Below are positions 41,338 to 52,942 of a stretch of 64,000 nucleotides of DNA, one piece after another. Position 1 is the first letter of the stretch; every line of letters starts with the position of its first letter. Origin of the DNA: Chrysomallon squamiferum (Eukaryota > Animalia > Mollusca). Made by a program: the position numbers and the translations under genes. The notes under the pieces are model-generated. The model was given only the letters and a program-made list of their open reading frames with translations, did no database searches and was not told where the DNA came from. The DNA is taken from the NCBI GenBank assembly GCA_012295275.1, contig CM022665.1:6386001-6450000 (forward strand), in the 5' to 3' direction.

Positions 41338-43023
41338 CAGTCATTGTTGAAATTGTAATTTTAACATATATGTAAAATACTGAATTTTAATAAGAGCTTT
41401 TAAATCACTTAATAAACACATTTTATTTTGTTCCATTGTCAGGGTTACTACATCACAATTCATGTGACACCTGAACCTCAGTGCAGCTATGTCAGCTTTG
41501 AAAGCAATGTTCCAACAGTAAGTTCATTTTTATTTTTATATTTTATATTTTTTTTTTCTCCCACTAAAATAACATCTGCCATCAACTCTTTAGTACCGGT
41601 AGGTTTATACATGGGGAGTCTATCTGGTTTCAGAATTTTTTCCTTATTATATTTTTTATTTCTAGAATAATTTTAAATTTAGTTATTTAATTATAAATGC
41701 ACATATTTTTATTATTTTATTTTTATTTTTATTTTTATTTTTATTTTTATTTTTATTTTTATTTTTATTTTTATTTTTATTTTTTCAGGAATCCTATCAA
41801 GACCTGATGAAGAAAGTTCTTGATGTCTTTAGACCTGGAAAGTTTCTCATGACTGTGTTTGCAAATGAGGTGGGTTTATTATATAATTATACTTGTAAAG
41901 TGGTACAAAAAATAATTATAATAATAATAATTAAAAGAATCTATTGCTTTGTTGTACTGAGAAATATTTAGAAATACCTCATTTAATGAAAATTATTCAT
42001 TTCCATTTGTTATGTTGACGTTGTTTTTGTTTTTTCACAGTATATCTGATATCAGTTTATCACATTAATAGTTGTGGCCTTGTTATTGTTATAATTATTA
42101 TTTTTTTAATTTAAGCAATGTGGTATTTTTGTCTGTTAAACAAGTTTTAAATATCTGTATTAAAAGTTAATATTTTGAAATGGAGTTTTGTATGTAACTA
42201 TCAAACAATTACTTACAGTCTTTATTGTTAAAACTAAATAGCCAAAAAGACTCGTGCATGATACATTTATTTTATGTGGATGATATATCTGTGAACAGTA
42301 GCAGCACGCAAAGTAGTGTTTAACTTTAAATTGTTTTTGTGAAGTGATAAATATTCTGTATGATGAACAGTGGTTGTGAAATATCAGGTTGTAAAATTTA
42401 ATAGCTAAATTTACAGCAGCTAGAATAACAGTGCAACAAATTTCAGACATGAATAGAAATATATCCAAGTGTGTTTTAAATGATTCAGATTTAATGTCAG
42501 AATGTATGTCTTACAGTTTATAAACAAATGATTCTGTGTTAAGAACAACTAAAAAATAAAGGAAATAGTAAGTTAATGTGACTGGCCATTCTGTAAGTTC
42601 AGCTGGGTGACACAGTATTTGCATTTATTTACTTACTTACATGTTGTGTAGTACTATGGTTCTGGTCCTAGGAATGGCATATACATCAAGATTATACATT
42701 AGTTTACTGTTTACTGTATTAAACATAAAAAAATGTATCAAGTGACATTATTGAAAATTGAAATTATCATATTCTTTTTTAATCTGTTAAATTAGAACAA
42801 AACCAAATCGTTAGTAATGTAATCAGAAGTCTGTGCACCAGCATAATTAGTGTTCTCAACATATTGTTCCATTTTACAGGAATCAGTCGCTAGGGAGACT
42901 CATCGACAGCTGGAAAAGGAGAACAACTTCCTGAAAAAGGAATACGTGTGTCAGGATCACCAGTACTGCAACTTCAAGAACTACAAACTCACCTACATGT
43001 ACTTCTCCCGCCCAATCATTTAG
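35505..43023 (+). CDS. AMD1: S-adenosylmethionine decarboxylase proenzyme (AdoMetDC), 330 aa, 12 coding exons
   Basis: Exons: 35505-35608, 37651-37737, 38102-38228, 39067-39141, 39396-39423, 39962-40004, 40280-40334, 40592-40672, 41069-41161, 41443-41517, 41789-41869, 42880-43023 (993 nt). Motifs: [24 protein letters not shown] (pyruvoyl autocleavage E-S site), [64 protein letters not shown]. Confidence 0.97.
40335..40591 (+). other. U12-type AT-AC intron in AMD1
   Basis: 5' splice site ATATCCTTTT at 40335, branch-like TTTTCTTGAC at 40573-40582, terminal AC at 40590-40591. Removing it joins conserved PDQTFE|ILM in phase 0. Confidence 0.93.
41705..41785 (+). repeat. (TTTTTA)n hexamer tract abutting the AMD1 exon 11 acceptor
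   Basis: Visible run of ATTTTT units ending at tttttcag (41788). Confidence 0.85.
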
Positions 43024-43236
43024 GAGATAGTGTGCAGGGGTCCTACACAGTGTGGGTGCACCTGTAACAGGTTGCCACCCCTAGGACTTATCTGCACACC
43101 ATTGAGTTTGTTTTCAGTTTTGCTACAGTTATTGTCTTCTCTTTTTTGTCATGCTTACATCTTTTTATGGAAATCTCCTAAATCTAGAAAGAAATATCAG
43201 ATTGCTTGTGGATATGTTACCCGCACTCCTCGATAA
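43024..43236 (+). other. In-frame 70-codon ORF after the AMD1 stop (candidate readthrough extension)
   Basis: TAG (43021-43023) is followed by GAG ATA GTG TGC..., open to TAA at 43234-43236: EIVCRGPTQCGCTCNRLPPLGLICTPLSLFSVLLQLLSSLFCHAYIFLWKSPKSRKKYQIACGYVTRTPR*. Confidence 0.55.
43030..43099 (+). promoter_or_regulatory. GC-rich RNA stem-loop immediately 3' of the AMD1 stop codon
   Basis: GTGTGCAG (43030-37) pairs with CTGCACAC (43092-99); GGTCCTA (43039-45) with TAGGACT (43082-88); GGGTG (43054-58) with CACCC (43076-80); ACCTG (43060-64) with CAGGT (43068-72); TAA apical loop. Confidence 0.8.
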
Positions 43237-45952
43237 AATTCTGCTTTGGACAGTTTTTTTTTTTTTTTTTTTTTTACCGCTCTTTCTTCCTGAGAGGATA
43301 CAGTACCAAATACCAGACTGTTATTAAATTAACCTTTAGATTTTGTTACTAAATGTTCTTATTAATGAGAACTTTTTCAGTATTTGAAATAGAATATAAT
43401 CGTGATATGCCATTGGGTTTGACACTGGACTATTTATATTTTGTTTTTAGTCTGGAGTCCATTGTATAATTAGTGTTTATCTGGTTTTTATTGTTAACAC
43501 ACAATCTTACAAACTTCAGTGTTGTTTGTCAGCTCTTTTATTGGTTGAACTGTCATGTTTGTCAGTTTTATTTTAGCATAGAGGCTGTTATCTGTTGTTG
43601 CTAATAATTTTTGTGACTGTGCTGGTTAATTTTGGATTATGTGTATTTTATTTTAATTTTGTTAATGGATAAATTTCTTTAGTCAGCTCTGTAACCAATT
43701 TTGGGCATTTTATGATTTACATTTTCCTTTTTTATATGTTTATATGATAAATACATGTCCTTAGTGCTTTTTTTTTTTTTTTTAATTATTCCCAATGGTG
43801 TTTTATATCAAGTGCACCTAAATCTGACTTAACTGTCCTCAGGTAAAATAAGACATTTAAGACTTCAGCAATTTCTTCTACATTAGTACTTAGATTGCCT
43901 GCCTCCATTAGACAATAAAATACGTTACATACATATACAGTTACTACAATATTTATTAACAAATATAAAAATTATATGTAAATAAATAAATCATATTCTC
44001 CTAGCTTTACTGCTTAAACAATCTGATTTGCACATACAAACCATTTTTTTTAAATATCTATAATTATGTGATGCAGCAGCTTTAACTAAAACTTTAGTCA
44101 GTTATATTAATGGTCTAGATACTGTGAAAAATTTCTAAATGGTGTTTTGTAATTGGCAACCAATCTTTGCAAATAACAAAGTCTTAATACATTGAAAATT
44201 GTTATATCCTCAGTTGACATGTTGGATTTGTTCAACCTACTATTGATCTAATGAAACAAAGGACAGTTATGGCCTTTATACATCCCCCATGAATTTGTTA
44301 TAACAATGTCATATTCCACTATTAGCAGAAGTTGGTGTTTAGAAGCTAACAAAACAATAACTTGCAAATATGTGAAATATATTTTAAGATTATTTCATTA
44401 TTTACCAGACGTACCTTAATTATTAGGTACAGGTATAAAATTCTACATGCTTTCTGAGAATGAAGCATTCCAAGATGAGAAAAAGTGACTTAAAAGCTGA
44501 GTAATAAATTACTAGATACAGTGGGGTTTTTTTTGGGGGGGGGGGTTGTTTGGATTTTTTTTTTTGTTTTTACCTCTTGGAATTTGGACAGCTAAACCAA
44601 CCTTTTGCCTTAAAGCCATTCCATAGTACATGTATTTTGTAATATCATGACTAAAAAACTGTATAGAAAGGGGTATTATGTTTTTGAGTATTATTGATTT
44701 AACCTAATAATTCATTTCAAATTAGCTATAAACAAGTATTTTAGTATTCCTAGATTAATGATAATAATAGAAAGAAAAAAAAAAATAGTCATGGCTGAAT
44801 AAAGATTGTTGTAGATTTATATCTTCAGAGTTGAACATTTTGATAAAATTGCTATGAAAAATGCTGTATGTATTATGTATTACATAGTATCATTGGTATA
44901 CTTTAACATGAATGGCAAAAGTACTGTGGAATGGCTTGATATATGGAGAAATAATAACAAAAATGTACTTGGGGGTTATTTTCATGATGATTTTTTGCTA
45001 ACAACTTTGAGATTAGAATGCCAAGTCAGTTTGTGGTTGATTTTTATAAAATGTAATTAATTAAATTATTAAAATAAAATTTTAATAATGTAAAAAATTA
45101 CACTTTGTTAATCGGTTGTTATATTTTTATTAATATATATATTTAATGGAAGCTGTGTGGCAATACATTTGATTATGTAATTAATTCAGTTGTTACTGTG
45201 TAACAAAAGGTAATGTAGGTGATATATGATGAAACATTTATGTGATCATTACCAATTCATTATTCTGGAATGTGTTAACAGTCTAGATTATGTCATGCAC
45301 TCATATGTCAACACATTTGTACAAATGCGAAAACACAAAACAAGACAATCTAAAGTACTATTAACATTTATGTTTAATTAAAAAAGGTTTTATACACATA
45401 TTTGTTAACAACGACTGCAGTAACAATCTAAAATACCAGAAACTAGAAAGTATAAATTTAAATTAAAAAAAAAAGAATTTCAAAACTTTTCTGTTTAATG
45501 TTTTAACACACAGCATACATATACACCTTCATCTTATAAAAAGAGCTAATATCAAAATTGTAATAATATATTTTCATAAAATATTATCATAATGTGTTGG
45601 GACACTACTGTCACATCATTTGATATCATGTAAATTCTATGCTTGGCCTCTAACATAGATTGAGAAATCAGTGTCCTGTAACATTCAGTATTTTAACAAC
45701 ATTCTGGGCTTACAATTGTACATTTCTTACTTTTTTTTTTTTTAGATTTGTCCTGTTTTAAAACTGTCAAAATAAATCTCAAAAGCTCATTTTCATATTT
45801 TTGAACATACTGCTATCAGTCAGTAATTTATAAAATGGCATCAATATTCTTTTATATATATATATATATATATATTATAAAGAATATTTCTTAAGTATTA
45901 TTTCAAGACATTTGGAAGAATTAATCTGGAAATTTTTTATTATTATTATTGT

Positions 45953-45990
<38 letters not shown>

Positions 45991-48900
45991 CTCACAATAT
46001 TTTGAGTTCATTTTCTGCAACAATTCCTACTTGGGAGTGATGAAGTAATCATTGTTTCTCGTGTAATTCATAAACTGTTCTTTTGACAGTTTTCATTAAT
46101 GGTTCTTGTAGTAAGATTCAGTTCACTTCATATCCATGTATTCTCTTCATTACTGATCAGGACACCAGATTCATTATTATTCAAACATCACTTTAAATAT
46201 GCAAAATAAAATAAAAGTGGGGGTGTTTATTTTATTATATTTATTATTATCAGTTTTTAGAAATCATTGGGAATGAGGAGCACTTTACAGAATATTCGTA
46301 CACTGAAACATTTAAGATTTTCTATTCCGAGCCAATGAATGTGTAAAATAGTGAAAATTATAAATTACATTCAAATAATAACGTTCTGTTTGCATAATAC
46401 TGAAGAAAATGTTATGATTTTAGTATCCATGAATTCCCCAAACCCCAGTAATACCTATTTTTTACATAACCCTTTTTGACTGTTTATATCTTTAGGAATA
46501 AGAATTTAAAATAATGAGGTTTTTTTTAGGTATAATAATTAAATAATTGTTATACAAGGAGGATAAATTATATTTAATGTACATAAGCTGGATAATTTGT
46601 GTTAGATATAGATTTGATAAGATTTACCTATGAAAAAGAATATGGAGGGAAAAAAAAATGAATTGAAATTTGCAATTGTTTGAAGTAAAACAGAAAATAT
46701 AAATTTTTAAAATTTTATTATATAACGAGATATGTTCCTTTATACAGCAAATAGAAAAATATTGGCTGTTTTTATAACATTTATCTAAAAATAATTTTTT
46801 ATTTGGATCTTGTTTTTTCCTCATTGCACAATGAAATAATTGTAATCATTGCATGAATGTGTATTTAATTGTGATGATAAATTTAAATCTGCAGATGCTG
46901 TGAATTTACTCCACTAACACATCAAAAATAATAATAATAATAATTCCAAGAAAAAAAATGCCTTATACAGGAGATAGAAAAACACCATTGTTTTCACTTT
47001 TTAAAATATTTTATGCATGTTGATCTGTTAAATTTTGTATTTATTTTTACATTTATTCAAAAAACTAAAAATTATAAAAAAAATTATGGAGATACAGAAT
47101 TTTTATAGCTACGAATGGTAAAACAATACCATGTTCAATTTGTAATCTTTTCATAATGCTGTTTAATCACTGTGTTGTTATACAACGTGTGGCTAATAAA
47201 ATATACTGGTTTAAAATGTATTTGTTTTCTTGAACAGTATAAAAAGATTATTTAAAAGATTACATTTGTAACCTTTACCTAACGAATACTAACATTTGCA
47301 GTTACACTAGTTAGCACTATGTAGAAAGTAATTTTGATTAAGTGCTATTTGATCTTACCTTTTGATAGAATTTTTTTATTATTAAACTAATTTATTGTAG
47401 ATTATATAACTCAAAGCATTTTAATTTTAGCAAACATTTATGATCCTTATTGACTTTTCCAAATTTCTAAATAAATTAAGCTGACACTTTTATTTCTATT
47501 TATTACCTTATTTCAGTTTGTGTTTTTGTTCGTTTTGTTTTGTGGGGGTTTTTGTGTTTTTGTTTTGTTTTGTGGGGTTTTTTCTATGTTTTTGTTGCAG
47601 GTTTTTGTTTTTGTTGTTGTTGTTGTTGTTTATTTTTACTCTTCCCACACCCCTTTTTAATGTTTTATTTTAATATAAGAATAACGTTTTTGTGGAACTT
47701 ATTTTAACAAATCTCATAATATATGGCTTGGTAAAGACGATAAATAACATTACAATAAGTAGTTTCATAAACTGGTTTAAAATCATTCTCTGGAAGGTAA
47801 TGGTTGCAGTATACGTGTTATTATGTATCTAAATTTGATCTTTGCTTTATGTTTTCCGTGAGCTGATTTTGAATAAACACTAACACTATAGTCTTTCTTA
47901 TTTATTTATGCAGATATAATAAACATAATTCTGTTATCACAGATGTGATAGAACAAAAATGTTTTTGAAAAGAGAGCTATAGCTGGAAGATAAGAGTTCT
48001 GACTTCAGGCATTGTAAGTCACTTTATCAACTCTGTTCGGTGCTTGTATGTATTTGCCACCGCAGCCTTACCCCAAAAGCAGGATCACAAAAGAACTTTG
48101 CACGTTCATCCCCCCCACCCCATCGATAGAAACGTGCACAATTCGGATTCAAAGCGAAACCTATAGCATTTTTATATAACTCCGTTTAAACCGTAGATAT
48201 AAAATCTTGAATACGTCTTTAAATGAAACGTAATGAATAATATATATTCTTTCTCAAACAAATTTTTAAATTGAAATAAATTGGGGTGGGGTTAAAATTA
48301 TTATAATTATTTTAATTTTTTATCTTCTAGTTTATTTCCTACAAATGTATTTATATAATTATTTACGTCGCGGAACGATAAAAATTGGTTCGTGATTTTC
48401 ACAATTTTAATTGCATGACACGACCATTGCTAATATTTGTAGCCATCAAAACAGTAAATCAGCTTGGCAGACTGATACGAACAAAACTTTGATGTATGAC
48501 TTTTACTGACAGAAACAACAAAACAAAATTTAATGAGGAGTACATGAATATTTATTTCTCGAACACTACATTAGGAAATGAAAACATATGCTAAGCCTTG
48601 TTTTGAACGTTAAAAGCAGAGACTGTAATATGACACTTTTTTTCAATTTACGTTCCTATCGTTTTACATATCGATTTCTTGTGAAATTTAAAGAAACCTG
48701 CAGTATAGCTACTGGGATTAAATCTTTGTGATTAACCCATTACAAAAAATACACCAACCATTGTTAGCTGTACAAATAAATAATGACATATGTTTTTTTT
48801 AATGAATTTTGTTTATGTTGTGTTTTTTTTGTTGTTGTATGTTGTTGTTTGCTAAATATGGTAACAGGAGACAAAACAGTTAATTACCTAATCAATTTCT

Positions 48901-49833
48901 GCCATTTTTTTTTTTTTTTTTTTTCAATTCCAGTTGAAAAAACAATAATTTCAATGCCTAAAACAGCATTAACAAAAATGTGAATAACAAATATGTATAA
49001 ATACACACACATTTACATTCTAATAAATAGTCAAAAGGACTGACAGAATAATATAAATGACAATGTTATTTCACAGGACATATTCACAATGACGAAAATA
49101 AGAAATTCGAAATATTAATTTCTGTTTAGTACATTTGAACAACACATCAAAAATAATATAGAAAGAAAAATGATAAATTAATAATAATCAAAATGCCAGC
49201 ATTATCTGTAACAACAGCTTTGAAACAAAACGTATGAAAATATATTAAAAGCAATATTGAAAATCAGACAATGTAATATTTTAAATCGTTGATTCCGATT
49301 TTTCTTATTGATGATAACAAAAATTATTTATTAAAAAAAAAAAAAAAAAAAAATTGCCAAACTAATTTTATTCCACTCGCTATGTTGCAATAAAGAGAAC
49401 TAAAATTTAAAGTGCTGTATTAAATCCTGAACCATACAAACAACAAAAAAAAAAAATATATATATATATATAATGCACAGTAACATGTTGATATATATAT
49501 ATAAAGCTTGGTCTACGGTACAAGAAAATCTTTAACAACAAGACTGAATTCAGATTACCTCTGGCCATACGAGGTGAATCTGAAATTGTGCAATGTGCAG
49601 TATTTACACATTACGTTTCCACAACCAAAATATCTTTCTCTTTAGAAAGTCAAAATGACTTTGATCAAGCGCTACTGAAAACATTTTTGTTTGTCTGCAC
49701 AACTTGAGATGGTCAATACCCACTGCTGACTTGAGACTGGTGAAAACAGCACCTTCGAGCTTTCATATCTCAGACAGAACAAATCCGGCAAAAATGCCAT
49801 ACAAAGTGAAGCCGAAGTATCTTAATTAGGCGT

Positions 49834-52800
49834 TCACTTTCCCCACAGGGCTTCAACAGAAAACAAAATGTCTGCTATATTTCCGTCCAACAGCTTATCG
49901 TTAAGAAAATTACTTCCGTTTTCCAAAGTTGGAAATTCCGTTTCTTCATCTGGTTGATTGTCGACGTATTCGTAACCATTCCCGCGAGCTTTTTCTGGTG
50001 GACATAAGTTTAACAAACTTACGCTTTTTCTTCTTGAATTTAAATAAATCTGATTTTCTGTCGGTGGGATTTCAATACGATCCAGTTCTCCCAAACTTGA
50101 GCTGTAGGAAAACTGCTTTGGTTTGCTAAGAAAAGCTTTAAATCCACTGCAGTTACCATTCTTCGCATCGAAGGAAGATAACGTATCAAATTCCATATCC
50201 CGATCAGTTTCACTGTACAGACTCTCCATTGAAGCATTCTTCAAGTCATCGTGTTCTTCATCCAGATCATCGCTGAATGTTCCCTGTCGACTGTTCTTTG
50301 TTTGACGGAATATTGACCTCGGGTCCAGACTGTTATCGTCTGCAGAACGCGAGGATTTGGTGTACCTTTGTGATCCAGAACTTGCATGAGATTCACAAGA
50401 TGCTGAATTCTGTCGTACTGGCTGTCCTCTGACATTGTTCTTGGAATCGTCACAAACCTTGCTCAGCTGTCTTACAAAGCTAGACGTATCCAATTCAACG
50501 TTATCGTTTTCTGCCATTTCTGCTAACCAGGCGATTAGTTTGTCATAAGAATCTACAGAAGGTCCTCGTAACTTCTCGATTTTATTCAACGTGCGAGCTG
50601 GAAAATAAAAAAATCTTGTGTTAAGAATTTATTTAAAATTAATAATACATATTTCAGAATCTCTAATACGGATTTCTTCATTTCTGATGTGTATCCGTGT
50701 AGAAACTCTGCAAGTTTTATTAAGTCTGTATAAAGATAATTTAGTTATTTACAGAAAGCAAGCATCTTACTGACTTCGTTCGATAGTGGACATACAAATA
50801 CTAATTCTTTGATCACCCTGAGTTAAAAAGCTTGATTTCTTTACCATCACACACACACACACACACACACACACCCAAAACACAAATATTTCGAATTTAG
50901 TGCATGCATATTGTTGTTTTGAAAGATTATTTCTAGGTGGGTTTTTTTATGTTCTATTAAATCACCTCGTATATAATGAATGTTTCCATTAATTTTCATT
51001 AGTAATTTTTTTTTTTTTAAATTATTATTATTATTATTATTATGTTTATTATGTTTATTATGTTTATTATTACTTTTATCTTTCCTGCTACATCTTTATC
51101 AACATTCGTTTAATAAAAAAAAAAAAAGTTCCTCTGAATACTGATTACTTTGTTAATCTGTGTGTGTGTGTGTGTTGTTGTTTTTTTGTGCGCGCGCGTA
51201 TATGTGTAAAATAAAAATAGAAGCATGCAAAAAAAGCAGGACACTGACTTCTACATTTCACTACAGGGAACATAGCATGAAAAAAACGTCTTTATTAAGA
51301 TGGCAGTTTAATGAAGTCTGGTAACAGTTTTGCAGCCCTGTTAACAAATGAAAAACTCTGTAAGATTAATTTCATTTAGAGCTGCACTTTAACGTACATG
51401 TATTTTTCATTCTGTTACTGCGGTCACTCCTTGGCAGTCAATTAGTATGAAAAACGACGAAATCAGTTTAGAACAGGTAATATTAAAACTAAGCGGGGTA
51501 ACAACTGCTTACGTTCAATATGGCCCGCGTTTAACGAGAGATAAAACCAATAGTGGAGAAACGTGCGGCGAACTGATGTAATTAGGAACGGAATGTTTCC
51601 GATATACCTTTGAGCAGATAACGCTTTGAAATTAAACGAAAATGGCACACAGTTCATGAAGTACTAAAGGATAGTGTTGTTAATTAACAAGCTTTTACAT
51701 TATGAGATAAACCAGTGTAACTAAGTAATTACAACTTTAAAACCTCACGGGACTGGTCGAAAAGAATTAAAATTGAAATAGTTTTTTTTTTTTTTTTTTT
51801 GTAGTACAATGGTCATTTTGATAAATACGTTAGCGAGTTCATTTTCCACAGACACTTTTACCCCAGTGGTCTAACTAAAATAACTTAAAATATTAAAACT
51901 AAATCTGTGTTTTGTAGGTGTATACTGTTCTAATTTTTAAAGTGACTATACCGGTGTTGGTTATTATTTATTACATGGCCGTAAGTACAAGTAGGCAAAT
52001 GAGGTAAATGCCTCGAACTGAAATTGCCGATATGTATATATTTTTTTATTATTATTTTTTTAAATACAAAGATGTTCTTTAAAAATATATAAAATATAAA
52101 TGGCTAGACTCGAGGATTTTGGACCTTTTAAGTTGGAGCTTCTGAGGGACCTCAGTCGACCCCCAGACCCTTTCGCCCAAATTAAAGTATTTTTGCCTCA
52201 TTTCAAAAAGAGTCTAGTTACGGCCATGTATTATATTTGTTAAAGACACAGTTGTTAAAATGATTCGACCTGTTTTTTATATTGTTCTGTTTGTTTGTTA
52301 CTGTTTGTATATTGTTATAATTGTTAAAATGATTCTGTTTGTATAGTTACTGTTTGTATATTGTTATAATTGTTAAAATGATTCTACCTTCTTTGTATAC
52401 ACTGCCTGTGTTTTGTTTCAAGTTCTATTTCTAAAAGTAACTGTTCCTGTTTTGAATATTGTTCTATCTGTAAAAGTGATCTTTGATGTATACTGCTGTA
52501 TTTCTTAAAGTGATTCTGTTCTGTTTGTAAAAGTGACTCTACCTGTGTTGTATATTGTTCTGTTTTAAAAGTGACTATATCTGTGATACCAAATTAGTTT
52601 CTTTTCTACAATTTCTACATTTAAAAGTAATTTTCTCGACTCGGCTTTACGTTACAGTGTGTTACTATATCAATACAGCATGTTTGTCTGCAAGTTCCTT
52701 CACGTAAACGAATCGCAAAATGAACTGAACCCAAACTGAAATGAAAAGATTTGTTTTTCTTTTTCTATTTTTTTGTTATTCAAAACAAAGTTATTACAAA

Positions 52801-52911
52801 AAAATCAAAATGTAAAGCTTTCGCACATTGTTCTCTTTTTATTGCTGCAGAAGTTTTTGCTGAACTCAAGAAATAACATTTGTATCCGTTTGAAAAGTAG
52901 CACTTAACAAA

Positions 52912-52942
<31 letters not shown>

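Noticed and set aside
43030-43099. SECIS element interpretation of the AMD1 3' hairpin
   Set aside because: There is no AUGA/GA quartet, the stop is UAG rather than UGA, and the CDS has no in-frame UGA.
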